Below, piece by piece: positions 41,527 through 53,264 of a stretch of 64,000 nt of DNA. This DNA comes from Dictyostelium discoideum (taxonomy: Eukaryota). Where the stretch lies: NCBI GenBank assembly GCA_000004695.1, contig CM000153.2:2752001-2816000 (forward strand), written 5' to 3'. Within the stretch, counting starts at the first letter, position 1. Every line of letters begins with the position of its first letter. The translations under genes were made by a program, and so were the position numbers. The notes under the pieces are model-generated. The model was not told the DNA's origin. It saw only the letters and a program-made list of their open reading frames with translations, and made no database searches.

Positions 41527-41583
41527 AAGTTGACCTTTAAGCAACTTTCTACATTCAAAGAAATCCTTCACCAACTGTCTTTT
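41527..41583 (+). ncRNA. Class I RNA-like gene (variant motif CCUUUAAGCAA; possibly a degenerate paralog)
   Basis: AAGUUGACCUUUAAGCAACUUUCUACAUUCAAAGAAAUCCUUCACCAACUGUCUUUUUUUU. It shares the 5' AAGUUGACC and the 3' AACUGUC+T-run with the two canonical Class I genes nearby. A DUSE-like TCCCAAAA lies at 41450-41457. Confidence 0.5.
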
Positions 41584-41774
41584 TTTTAATTTTATATTAT
41601 TTTTTTTTTTTATTTTTTTTTTTATTAATAACTTTTCCTTTCCATCATCTAATTTTTTGATTTACTTAATGTAAATTTGTGATTCTTGAAGGAAAAAATA
41701 GGATTTTTGGTTATTTAAAAAAAAAAAAAAAAAATCTTAATTATTTTTTTGATAATTTAATAAGAAAATAAAAA

Positions 41775-41814
<40 letters not shown>

Positions 41815-41820
41815 ATTCTG

Positions 41821-41828
41821 TCCCACAA
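41821..41828 (+). promoter_or_regulatory. DUSE (TCCCACAA) upstream of the Class I RNA gene at 41915
   Basis: Exact consensus match about 90 nt upstream of the mature 5' end. Confidence 0.45.
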
Positions 41829-41914
41829 AATTATTTTTTATATAATATTTTTTTAATAATTAATTTTTTAATTCTTTTTTTTAATGTGTAAAACATTTAA
41901 GTTAACACATAATT

Positions 41915-41980
41915 AAGTTGACCTTACAGCAAATCTTACAATTTCATCCTAAGAAAAAATACAGTCAACTGTCTTTTTTT
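41915..41980 (+). ncRNA. Class I RNA gene
   Basis: AAGUUGACCUUACAGCAAAUCUUACAAUUUCAUCCUAAGAAAAAAUACAGUCAACUGUCUUUUUUU. The terminal stem is perfect (GUUGAC/GUCAAC), the conserved motif CCUUACAGCAA is exact, and a T7 terminator follows. Confidence 0.65.
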
Positions 41981-42234
41981 AAATTTTTTTTTGGGATAAC
42001 CATTATTACCTCTCGTTTTAAAAACCAAAAAAAAATGATTTGGTTGGATTGTTGTATCTTTTTTTTTTTTTAATGTCAAATTTGTATTTTTAAATAAAAT
42101 TAAAAAAACAAATAAAATAATCCAAGATTTTAAATTAAAAATAATAAAAATAAAAAAATTAATAAAGGTAATTTAAATTTTATATTTCATAAACTCATTA
42201 ATCCTATTTTAAAATAAAGATATAGACAATTTTC

Positions 42235-42265
<31 letters not shown>

Positions 42266-42339
42266 TTTTAATATACTTAATAAATAATTTTTATTTTTTT
42301 ATTTTTATTTTTATTTTATTTTTTTTTTTTTTTTTTTTT

Positions 42340-43503
42340 TTATTGGATTAAAGGTTTTGGATTATTTAATTGAGAAATATAACGATCAATAAATAATGAT
42401 TTTGATTTTATCATTTTTGTAGCAAAAGAACCAAGACACATAGTTGGACTGATTTGAGTTATACCATCTTGAGGACCTAATGAAAGACTAAGTATTGGAC
42501 CTGATACTTTATGTTTTGCAAGCTTATCATTACTTTTACCTTTAGATAAAGCATCGATTGCTTTTGCTGCAATTGCAGCATGATAGCCAGCATTATATGC
42601 TGTTTTAAATTCATCAAAATCTGTACAATCACCAATAGCAAATACATTATTGTATCCTTGAACTTGACAGCTTAAATTTACTTTTAATTGTCCAGACTCA
42701 TTGATTACATTTGAGAAATGTGATTGATATGATTCACTATTTGTTTTAATACCAACTGTCCAAATTATTAAATCTGCTTGAATTGGTACACCCTTTTCAG
42801 TTGTATAATTTTGTGATGATATTTGAATATTTGGTGAAGTTTGATTTAAAAGGTTAGCTTTAATTTCATCTGGCATTGTAATTCTATCATTTAATATGAC
42901 TTCAACATTTCTCTTTTTCATTGCTTTTGAAACGACATTTGTAAATTTATCATTCATTTTTGGATTCACTAATTTACTACCACTGTGAACAATTGTAATT
43001 TTCTTTACCAATTCTGAATCTTTAACTGGATATTTCTCTACGATTTCCGATACCAATTCACAAGCAACTGCACCACCACCAACTATTAATATACTTTTAG
43101 CTTGTTTAATTTGTTGTGAAAAGTTTTGGAAATAATTTAAAATCTCACTACTACTTTTCTTTTCTAATGGTGCTTTAAATGGTGCCAATGAATTTGAACC
43201 AGTTGCAATTACTAAATAATCAAATGTTAATTCTTGACCATCTTCTAATTTTGCAAGAGTTGGTGAAATTTCAATAACCGTGCCAAAAATAAATTTACCA
43301 TTTTTCAATAGCTTATCATATGGTATATAAATCTTTTTAACTAATTCTGGTTCAACAACAGCTCTAACAGATCCAACACTATGGAAAAATGTTTGTTTTC
43401 TTTCAACTACAGTTACATTAAATTTTGAATCTAATTGTTTTGCAACTTCACAACCACCATAACCACCACCAATTATTAATACTCTTTTCTTTTCTGATGT
43501 CAT
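42340..43503 (-). CDS. AIF/AMID (FSP1)-like FAD/NAD(P)-dependent oxidoreductase, paralog B, single exon, 387 aa
   Basis: MTSEKKRVLIIGGGYGGCEVAKQL... has an N-terminal GxGxxG motif. A second dinucleotide-binding motif (ILIVGGGAVACELVSEI) and the C-terminal FAIGDCTD motif are typical of the AIF/AIFM2/NDH-2 family. It is strongly similar to paralog A at 38283..39622, which lies in the same orientation. Confidence 0.85.
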   Translation of the reverse strand: MTSEKKRVLIIGGGYGGCEVAKQLDSKFNVTVVERKQTFFHSVGSVRAVVEPELVKKIYIPYDKLLKNGKFIFGTVIEISPTLAKLEDGQELTFDYLVIATGSNSLAPFKAPLEKKSSSEILNYFQNFSQQIKQAKSILIVGGGAVACELVSEIVEKYPVKDSELVKKITIVHSGSKLVNPKMNDKFTNVVSKAMKKRNVEVILNDRITMPDEIKANLLNQTSPNIQISSQNYTTEKGVPIQADLIIWTVGIKTNSESYQSHFSNVINESGQLKVNLSCQVQGYNNVFAIGDCTDFDEFKTAYNAGYHAAIAAKAIDALSKGKSNDKLAKHKVSGPILSLSLGPQDGITQISPTMCLGSFATKMIKSKSLFIDRYISQLNNPKPLIQ

Positions 43504-43665
43504 TCTTTAAATTAAAATAAAAAAAATAAATTAAAAAATTAAATAAAAAATAAAAAAAATAAAAAAAGTTAACATGTTTTTTTTTTAATAAATAAAATTA
43601 TAACAATATTTATTTTTAATTACTTTTTTTTTTTTTTTTTATATATAAATTATATTTATTAATTT

Positions 43666-43704
<39 letters not shown>

Positions 43705-44144
43705 TTATATAAATAAAATGAAATAAAATAATAGTAAAGTTATTTAAAAATGAAAGTAAAATAAAATAAAAAAAAAAATTTCTGAAAAACATTTTAAAGT
43801 TTAAAAATATACCATAATGCTCATTTTTGTACCTAAAACAAAAAATTCTATTTCAAAACTGACTTTGTGGATCTATTATTTAAAAAAAAATTTATGGGAG
43901 AAAAAAAATAAAAAAAATGAAAAAAATAAAAAAATAAAAATAATTTATTTATGGTATATATTCACAATTAATTTTAGATTGTATCCAAAAAAAAAAAAAA
44001 AAAAAAAAAAAAGTAGATTTTTTATGTTATCAATTTTCTATTTTTATTTTTTTTATTTTTTTTTTTAATAATTTTTTTTTTTTTTTTTTTATTTTTTTTT
44101 TAGAAGTTGAAAGATTTATATATATTTTTTAATTTATGTTTAAT

Positions 44145-44574
44145 TCATTTTAATTCATTCTTTAAATCGTTTTTGATACCACTAACAAAGTTGGATGCTT
44201 TGTTTTTAAGGTTTCTCATTTTGAGGGCACTGTGGGCTAAAACGAAAAGTAATGAAACTAATGTTGTGTAGAATAAAGTTAAACCACTTAATTTATATAT
44301 AACAATGACAGATACTATTTATTGTTATAAATAAAAAAATTAGTATAAATTTTTTTTTTTTTTTTTTCAAAAAAAAAATAATCACTACATACCAACACCG
44401 AGAATAACCATTTGGATCATTGGAGTTAAAACAGCAAAACCAATATTTTTATCACCTTTTTGAACAAAGAATAAATAATAACCAATTGCACCTAATAAAA
44501 GAATTGCAACTAAAAGATTCATATTTGTGAATCTAATTTTGTATGAAATTATATTAGTATGGAGAGAGAAAAAA

Positions 44575-44614
<40 letters not shown>

Positions 44615-44786
44615 CTTACAAAGTAATTAAAAGTACAACAGCAACAATAGCTATATAATTTCCTGAATAAAAATTTAAATTATCTTCCATTCTGGTAATT
44701 GCATTTTGACTTCCAGGGATACTATATCTACCCCATTCAATGAAATCATTCCATGGTTGAAGTTTAATTGAGCTTGATGATGACAT
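44145..44786 (-). CDS. PRA1 (prenylated Rab acceptor / Yip3) family protein, 3 exons: complement(join(44145..44314,44393..44532,44620..44786)), about 158 aa
   Basis: Spliced product: MSSSSSIKLQPWNDFIEWGRYSIPGSQNAITRMEDNLNFYSGNYIAIVAVVLLITL | FTNMNLLVAILLLGAIGYYLFFVQKGDKNIGFAVLTPMIQMVILGVG | VSVIVIYKLSGLTLFYTTLVSLLFVLAHSALKMRNLKNKASNFVSGIKNDLKNELK*. The PRA1 signature (RPW.DF...F..P.......R...NL.YY..NY) and two hydrophobic hairpins are present. Donors are GTAAGT/GTATGT, acceptors are AG, and phases are 2 then 1, all consistent. Confidence 0.75.
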
Positions 44787-45146
44787 TTGAGGATCTATAT
44801 TTATTGGTATATTATATATGTATATAATTTAGTATTTACAATAAAAAAATCTTATTATAAGAATTTCTGTTTGTGTGTGTGAGTGTGGTGTTATGTAGGG
44901 TTTATATTGTGAGAAAAATAAAAAAAAAAAAAAAATAAAAAAAATTAAAAATTAAAAAAAATAAAATTAAAAAAAAATAAAAAAAATTCAAAAAAATAAT
45001 TTTTTTTTTTTTTTTTTTTTTAATCCAAACGGTATAATTCAAATAATAGATAATTTTTTTTTTTTTTTGTGGTACAAAAACCCCCACATCTATTTTAAAC
45101 TAAAATAATCTTAAAAAATAAAAAACTAAAAATAAAAATAACCTTT

Positions 45147-45181
<35 letters not shown>

Positions 45182-45225
45182 AAATATTCAAAACCAAAAA
45201 TAGTAAAATAAAATTGTGATAATAT

Positions 45226-46195
45226 ATGAATGTTATACCATCCATTGAAAAGGGTAAAGAGGAGGAAACAAATAGTATACCATACAACCAAATACAACAA
45301 CAGCAACAACAACGACAACAACAACAAACAAAAGGAGTGATAGTAAAAGAAGACTCTGAGGAAGGAGGAGAATATGAAAATGGTGGAGATGAAGAATCCT
45401 TATTAATAAACCACAAAAATAATAATAATAATAATAATAATAATGGTTCATCAGATAATTCAGATTCAGATTCAGATTCAGATACAGATTCAGAGAATGA
45501 AACATTTATATGTGTTTGTACATCATGTTATAAGAAACCAGAAGTTAAACCAATTGATAGGAAGAAAGGATTTGTGTCATTATTTTGGGTAATAATATGG
45601 ATTGGATTGAATATGTTATTATTTTTTGTAAATAAATATTTAGATGATAGGAATCCACCATTTGTATTCCCGATATTCGTTATTATGACAGGTACATTTT
45701 CAACATTTTTTGGAAGTTGTATAGCGGTGTTTATATTCAAGATATCGGATTTCCCAATCAAGGAATTACGACAACATAAACTATTGTTATTAGTATGCTC
45801 AGTATTTCAAGCCATTTCATATGTAATGGAGAATGTCAGTATCGATCAAATGTCAATTCCATTGAATCAAGTCATTAAGGCGACAGGACCAGCTTTCATC
45901 ATTATTCTCTCTTTTATACTCTATAGGAAAACTTACCCTTTCTCAATTCTATTGTGTACATTTATCATCATCATTGGTGTTGTCATTACCATTTTCACAA
46001 GTCCACAGATTAAAATCATTGGTTTCCTCTATGCATTTGGTTCAATCATTTTCGCCTCAATTCAAACTGTACTCATTGCAAAATTGGTTAAAAATCCAAA
46101 ATTAAATGCATTATCCTTATTAGTTGCAACCTCTTTACCATCTGCTTTAGTTTGTTTACCAATTTTCTTCATTTTTGAATTTAAAGAAAGTAAGT

Positions 46196-46240
<45 letters not shown>

Positions 46241-46837
46241 CCAACTCCCCCTGTCTCTCTCCCCCTCCCCCTTCTCTATCATTTTATACTAAAATACTAA
46301 TATTATTTATTTATTTATTTTAAAGTGAAACAATATAATGGACCAACTACAATACCAATTATATCAGTTATTGGTTTAGCTATTTCAGCATGTTTTTATA
46401 ATCTTGCACATTTTTATATTGTACAATTTACATCAGCTTTATATTATGTTATCATTGGTAATGTAAAGGTTGTATTAGTAATCATCATTTCATCATTAGT
46501 ATTTGCAAATGGATTCACTCCATTAAATTATTTAGGTGCAGTTGTTACAATGATTGGTTTCATACTTTATAATGTTTTCAAGTATTATGAAAATATTGGT
46601 AAAAATCCACCTTTTATAACACCATTTATAAATTGTTTTATCAAATGTGGTTGTTGTCAAAAGATTAAACCAAAGAAATCAAAAAGAAATAAGAATAAAA
46701 CAAATGATTATAATTATTATGACAATGAAAGTGATAACGAAAATGAAAATAACAATACCAAAAATCAGGATAATAAAAATAAAAATAAAAAAGAAATCGA
46801 AAAAGAAAACATAAATAAAACCATCAATGGTGATTAA
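45226..46837 (+). CDS. SLC35/TPT-family (nucleotide-sugar / triose-phosphate translocator-like) membrane transporter with a low-complexity N-terminal extension, 2 exons: join(45226..46189,46326..46837), about 491 aa
   Basis: Exon 1 encodes a Q/N/S/D-rich N-terminus followed by the TM helices ..FVSLFWVIIWIGLNMLLFFVNKYL..FVFPIFVIMTGTF....KLLLLVCSVFQAISYVMENVSIDQMSIPLNQVIKATGPAFIIILSFILYRKTYPFSILLCTFIIIIGVVITIF... It ends at donor A|GTAAGT in phase 1. Acceptor TTTTAAAG joins exon 2: MKQYNGPTTIPIISVIGLAISACFYNLAHFYIVQFTSALYYVIIGNVKVVLVIIISSLVFANGFTPLNYLGAVVTMIGFILYN... This is the typical 10-TM TPT/EamA fold with the K..G motif. The intron contains T- and C-runs. Confidence 0.75.
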
Positions 46838-46971
46838 TATCCTCCAACTTTAAAAAAAAAATCAAAAAAAGTGATCAACTTATAAAAATAAATAAATAAA
46901 CAAATAAATAAAACTTTGTAATAATACTTAAAATAGATTCTTATTCTATCGGTCAAAAAAAAAAAAAATAG

Positions 46972-47006
<35 letters not shown>

Positions 47007-47519
47007 AATCACAAACCACAATGAAACAACATGTCATTTAAAAAAAATTATTTTTGTTTCGTTTTTATTTTTATTTTATATTTTTTATTTTTTATTTGAA
47101 TGTCAATCCTTGAATCATTGGTTGACAGTTTTTCATTTTTTTTTTTTGAATCTAAAAAAGTAAAAAAATAAACAATCCTAAAAAGGGAATTCTTAAAAAT
47201 AAAAATTGAAAACAATTCAATTGGTTTATAATAAATAATTATTAAACAACCAAAGTAAACCTTTTTTTTTGTTTATTATTTTTTATTTTTTTTATTTTTT
47301 TTACTTTTTTAGATTTTAATAAATAAAAAAATTAAAAAATAAAAAAAAATTAAAAAAAATAAAAAATAAAAATTTTTATTTTTTTAATTTTTTTTTTTTT
47401 TTTTTTTTTAATTCAAAAAAATATATTTTTTAAAAATTTTTTTTTTTTTTCATTTATTACATATCTTTCACAAATAACACTTTGTGAAAAAAAAAAAAAA
47501 AAAAAAAAGAAAGAAGAAA

Positions 47520-47746
47520 ATGGCAGAAAGAAGAGCCGCTATTTTCGGAACTGAAAAGGATCAGTAAGTAATAATTTAACTATTTCACTTCACTACTTTC
47601 TCTTTTTTATTTTTATTATTATTACTATTATCATTCAAAAAAAAAAAAAAAAAAAAAAAAAAATATCAGATGATACTCGCATATATATATACCCAAAAAC
47701 GATTTGTTCGGGTTTTTTTTTTTTTTTCTTCATCTTCACCACTTTC

Positions 47747-47778
<32 letters not shown>

Positions 47779-49400
47779 CAATTGTTTCTTTGTTTTACGT
47801 TATTACCATTTGTCGTAATAATTTTTTTTTTTATTAACCAAAAATAAAAAAATAAAATAAAAAAAATATTGTGACAACTTGTTAATAATTCTCCTTACAG
47901 AAAGGTTTAGAGATATTTTAGTTTTTATTTCACATTTAAACAACAATAATAATAATAAAAAAACAGCATTTAGCACATCAACAAAAATTTTAGCATATTA
48001 TTTTTTTTAGCACAAAAATTTATTATTTTTTTTTTTTATTACTAAACAAAAAAAAAAAAAAAAAAAAAAAGGTAATTTTAAGACTAATATTAATTTAAAC
48101 TCTATTAAAATTTTTTTTCTATTCTTTTTTTCTTTTTTTTTTTCTTTTTCTTATTATATTAATTTAATTTGATTGAATTTTTTTTTTTTTTTTTTTTTTT
48201 TTTTTCCTTCAGACAAAATTGTCCATTTTATTTAAAAATTGGAGCATGTAGACATGGTGATCGATGTTCAAGATTACATAATAAACCAGTATTAAGCCAA
48301 ACTATATTATTACCAAATTTATATCAAAGTCCAATCTCAAAAAAAGCAATTGAAGCAGCAGGAGGTCAAGCACCAAACCTTTCAGATGCAGAATTACAAC
48401 AACATTTTGATGAATTTTATGAAGATATTTATGAAGGTCTTGCAAAGTATGGCCAAGTAGATCTTTTAAATGTATGTGCAAATTTAGGTGATCATTTAGT
48501 TGGTAATGTTTATGTTAAATATCAAAAAGAAGATGATGCAAATGAATCAATTAAGGGTTTAAAGGGTAGATTTTATGATGGTAAGTTTATAAATTTTTAT
48601 TTTATTTTATTAAAAAAAAAAAAAAAAAAAAAAAACCTACCACCTCATACATTTATATTAATATTTTTTTTATTTTTATTTAAATATTTTAAAGGTAGAC
48701 CAATTATTTCTGAATTTTCACCAGTAACAGATTTTACAGAAGCAAGATGCAGGCAGTACGATATAGGAACATGCAATCGTGGTGGATTTTGTAATTTTAT
48801 GCATTTACATAATCCATCAAAGTCATTGTACTATAAATTATTTGGCGATAGAAAGAGTAGAAGCCCAAGTCCAAAGAGAGATTACAGAGATAGAGATAGG
48901 GATTATGGTAGAAGAGGTTACGATAGAGACTATAGAGACAGAGACAGAGATAGAGACAGAGACTATGGAAGAAGAGGTGGTGGTGGCTATGATAGAGACT
49001 ACAGAGATAGAGATAGAGATTATGGTGGTGGCGGCGGTAGATATGACAGAGACTACAGAGATAGAGACAGAGATAGAGATGGCTATGGTAGATCACGTGA
49101 TTATGATCGTGACCGAGACCGTCGTCCATATGACGAGTTTAGAGGAAGTAGAGGCTCAAAATCACCAGAATACTCAAGAAATAGTGGGGGTGACATTCCA
49201 CCCTCTGATCATCACTTTAGTAGATCTCTACTTTTAACAGACTATGCCTATCCTCCACCAACCGGAGGTATTGTAAATGGTAGTCCATCCTCAAATCAAC
49301 CACCTCTTCACCTTCCTCCACCAACCAATGAATATTCACACATTTTACCAATTACAACTACACAATCACCACTCTCTACTGGCTCAAATGGTGGCTCACT

Positions 49401-49433
<33 letters not shown>

Positions 49434-49698
49434 GCAACAACCACAACAACAACAGCAACAACAAACACCACAAATAATACCACAACCATCAGAAAATGGT
49501 GGAAATGTATCAACAATTGGTGAAAAGAGAGTTAGAGATGATGAAACAATAACTTCCGAGAAAAGATTAAAAGGTGAGGAAAATTCTCAAAGTGATGAAA
49601 ATGGTTCCATTCAATGGGCGTCAAATGATGAAAGAAGAACTGATGAATACGATGTTAAAACCTCTTTAAAAACTTCAATCTCTGAATCAAAAGAGTAA
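47520..49698 (+). CDS. U2 snRNP auxiliary factor small subunit (U2AF35-like), 3 exons: join(47520..47563,48213..48580,48695..49698), about 471 aa
   Basis: Exon 1: MAERRAAIFGTEKDQ, ending at donor CA|GTAAGT. Exon 2: [40 protein letters not shown]...LGDHLVGNVYVKYQKEDDANESIKGLKGRFYDG, comprising the first C3H zinc finger and the UHM/RRM. Exon 3: [42 protein letters not shown], the second zinc finger, followed by an RD/RDY-repeat region (RDYRDRDRDYGRRG x several) and a Q-rich tail. It is collinear with human U2AF1 ([35 protein letters not shown]...[32 protein letters not shown]). Confidence 0.85.
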
Positions 49699-50047
49699 AA
49701 AAAAAAAAAAACTATATTTAAATTTTTTTTTTTTTTTCCATTTATTTAATTTTTTAAAAACAAAATAAAAAAAATAAAAAATAATAATAATAATGTATTA
49801 AATTAAATCAAACAAAAAATATCTGATTTATTTTTAGATTTATTAAAAAAATTTGAATAAAAAAAAACAACAATTAATTAATATTAAAAGATCTATTAGT
49901 TTTTTTTTTTTTTTTTATTTTATTTTTTTTTTTTTTTTTGTTTTGGCCAAATTTTTTTTTTTTTTTTTTTTTTTTCAATTTTTTTTTTAATTTTATTTTT
50001 TTTCAATTTTTTTTTTTTTTTTTTTTTTCATCAACTTTGATTATAAA

Positions 50048-50865
50048 ATGATTAGAATATTAGTAAGTTTTATAACAATGGGAGGAAAGAATAAATATCA
50101 TTTATTGAACTACAGTAATTTGAAAAAAAAAAAAAAAATAAAAACAAAATAACAAAATAACAAAATAATAAATAATAATAATTATAAAAAATAAAAAAAA
50201 AAAACTTTTTCTCTAATATAAATATATATATATATATTTAATATTATTTATTAAACTTTTATTTATTTTTATTTTAGACAAAGAGTATTGTAAATAATAC
50301 CAGTAGAGTATTAATTAACAATAATAATAGTATTAAAAGTGGTATTATTGGATTTAATAATTTTTCAACAACATCAAACAACACTACAACAACAACAGTA
50401 GCAGAATTAAAAGTTATTGAAAGAACACCAGGTGTTGCCGCACCAAATAAAAGAGCAACACCACCAAAAGTACCAAAAAGACGTCCAGATAAAATTAGAT
50501 CAATCAAATATGAACAATACTCTGGTATTCCAAGAATTGCAGCAAAAGGTTTTTTCAGAATTACAACTAAAGGTTTCGATTATTACTTTTTTGATGTAAG
50601 ATCAAGTGAAAATTTCGCAAAGGAATCAATCGTTGGTGCTGTCAATCATCCAGTTGAAAACATTGAAGAATCAATGAAAGAATTACGTGATAAATCTTCT
50701 TTAATCATGGTTATGGGTGAAAAGGAAAGAGGTTGGCCACAAGCTTGTGAAGCTGCTCTCAAACTTCAAAATAATGGTTTCAAAAATGTTATTGTAATTG
50801 AAGCTGGTATTCAAGAATTAGTTGAAAAAGGTTTCTTTTATACTTCTGAAAAAGATTTTATTTAA
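50048..50865 (+). CDS. Rhodanese-like single-domain protein with a putative N-terminal mitochondrial presequence, 2 exons: join(50048..50062,50278..50865), about 200 aa
   Basis: Exon 1 is ATGATTAGAATATTA (MIRIL) ending at donor |GTAAGT. Acceptor TTTTAG at 50277 joins it to a frame that is open but lacks a Met: TKSIVNNTSRVLINN...AKGFFRITTKGFDYYFFDVRSSENFAKESIVGAVNHPVENIEESMKELRDKSSLIMVMGEKERGWPQACEAALKLQNNGFKNVIVIEAGIQELVEKGFFY. This has a rhodanese/Cdc25-like fold pattern. The active-site Cys position appears to be substituted, so it is probably catalytically inactive. Confidence 0.55.
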
Positions 50866-51132
50866 ATATTTAATATAATAATAATAATAATAGTAGTAAT
50901 TTATATAATGAACATAAAAAAAAAAAATAACAACAACAACAAATAACAGTAACATTAAACTACAATAACATAATAATGGTAGTATAGATTGATATGAAAT
51001 ATAAACAAAAAAAAAGAAAAAAAAAAAAAAGAAAGAACGAAAGAAAACATAATATGGAATTGATTAAAAAAAAAAAGATTAAAAAAAAAAAATAATAAAA
51101 ACAAAAATATAAAAAAAAAAAAAAGTATATAT

Positions 51133-51135
<3 letters not shown>

Positions 51136-51227
<92 letters not shown>

Positions 51228-51228
51228 C
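51136..51228. repeat. (ATTT)n tetranucleotide microsatellite
   Basis: tttatttatttattt.. repeat read directly. Confidence 0.9.
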
Positions 51229-51237
51229 ATCATTTTT

Positions 51238-52341
<1,104 letters not shown>

Positions 52342-52815
52342 TTAGATATTAATAGATTAGATAATATTTTTTAAAATGAAGAATAATGAATACCTACTTG
52401 GTAATAAGGATCATCAATTTCATTGTCGTTATTTATTTTTGGTGATTTAAAAAACACTATATTTTTAATCATTGATTTTACTTGGGGTGGGGTTTCAGTA
52501 TCATATCCGAAATAATAAAACTTTTTTATTTTTTTTTTTTTTTTTTTTCAGAATAAAAAAAAAATAAAAATTTAAAAAATAAAAAAAAAACAATTCTTAA
52601 TAAAAATAATATCTAAATCTGAATAGTATCCTTAAAAAAAAAAAAAAACAATTCTAAAAATAAAATAAAACCTAGATTTTAATTTCTCACTTTTTTTTTG
52701 TATTTTTACATTGATATATGATTATATTGATATATTATCATTAATCATTTTTTTTTTATTTTGTATTTTTATTGAAATTACTACTATATATGATATGATA
52801 TTTAAAAATCTTTTT

Positions 52816-52850
<35 letters not shown>

Positions 52851-52851
<1 letters not shown>

Positions 52852-53230
52852 TAATTTACATATAAACTAACTCTCTTTTGATATTTTGTTGCTTCAAATT
52901 CATCTTTTTTATAAGTTTTAAGATAATTTGAATATCTTGTACACCATTCAGGTGATGGTGGGTCAATATCTGCTGCATCTTTTAAGTAAATGCCACCCTT
53001 TTCAACATCTTTTTTAACCTCCAATAAGAATAAACCATAACGACCTAATGACTCTGAACTACGAGCACCACTAGTAACAATTCTTTTATATAATTTCTCT
53101 GCTTTATCTATTTCTCCTGATTTTTGAATGAAAATTGCATAACTTAATAATAAACTACTATCATCTATATATATTAAAAATATATTGTTTAAATTGATAA
53201 AATTAGTATTTATCTTTAATAATTATAAAA

Positions 53231-53264
<34 letters not shown>

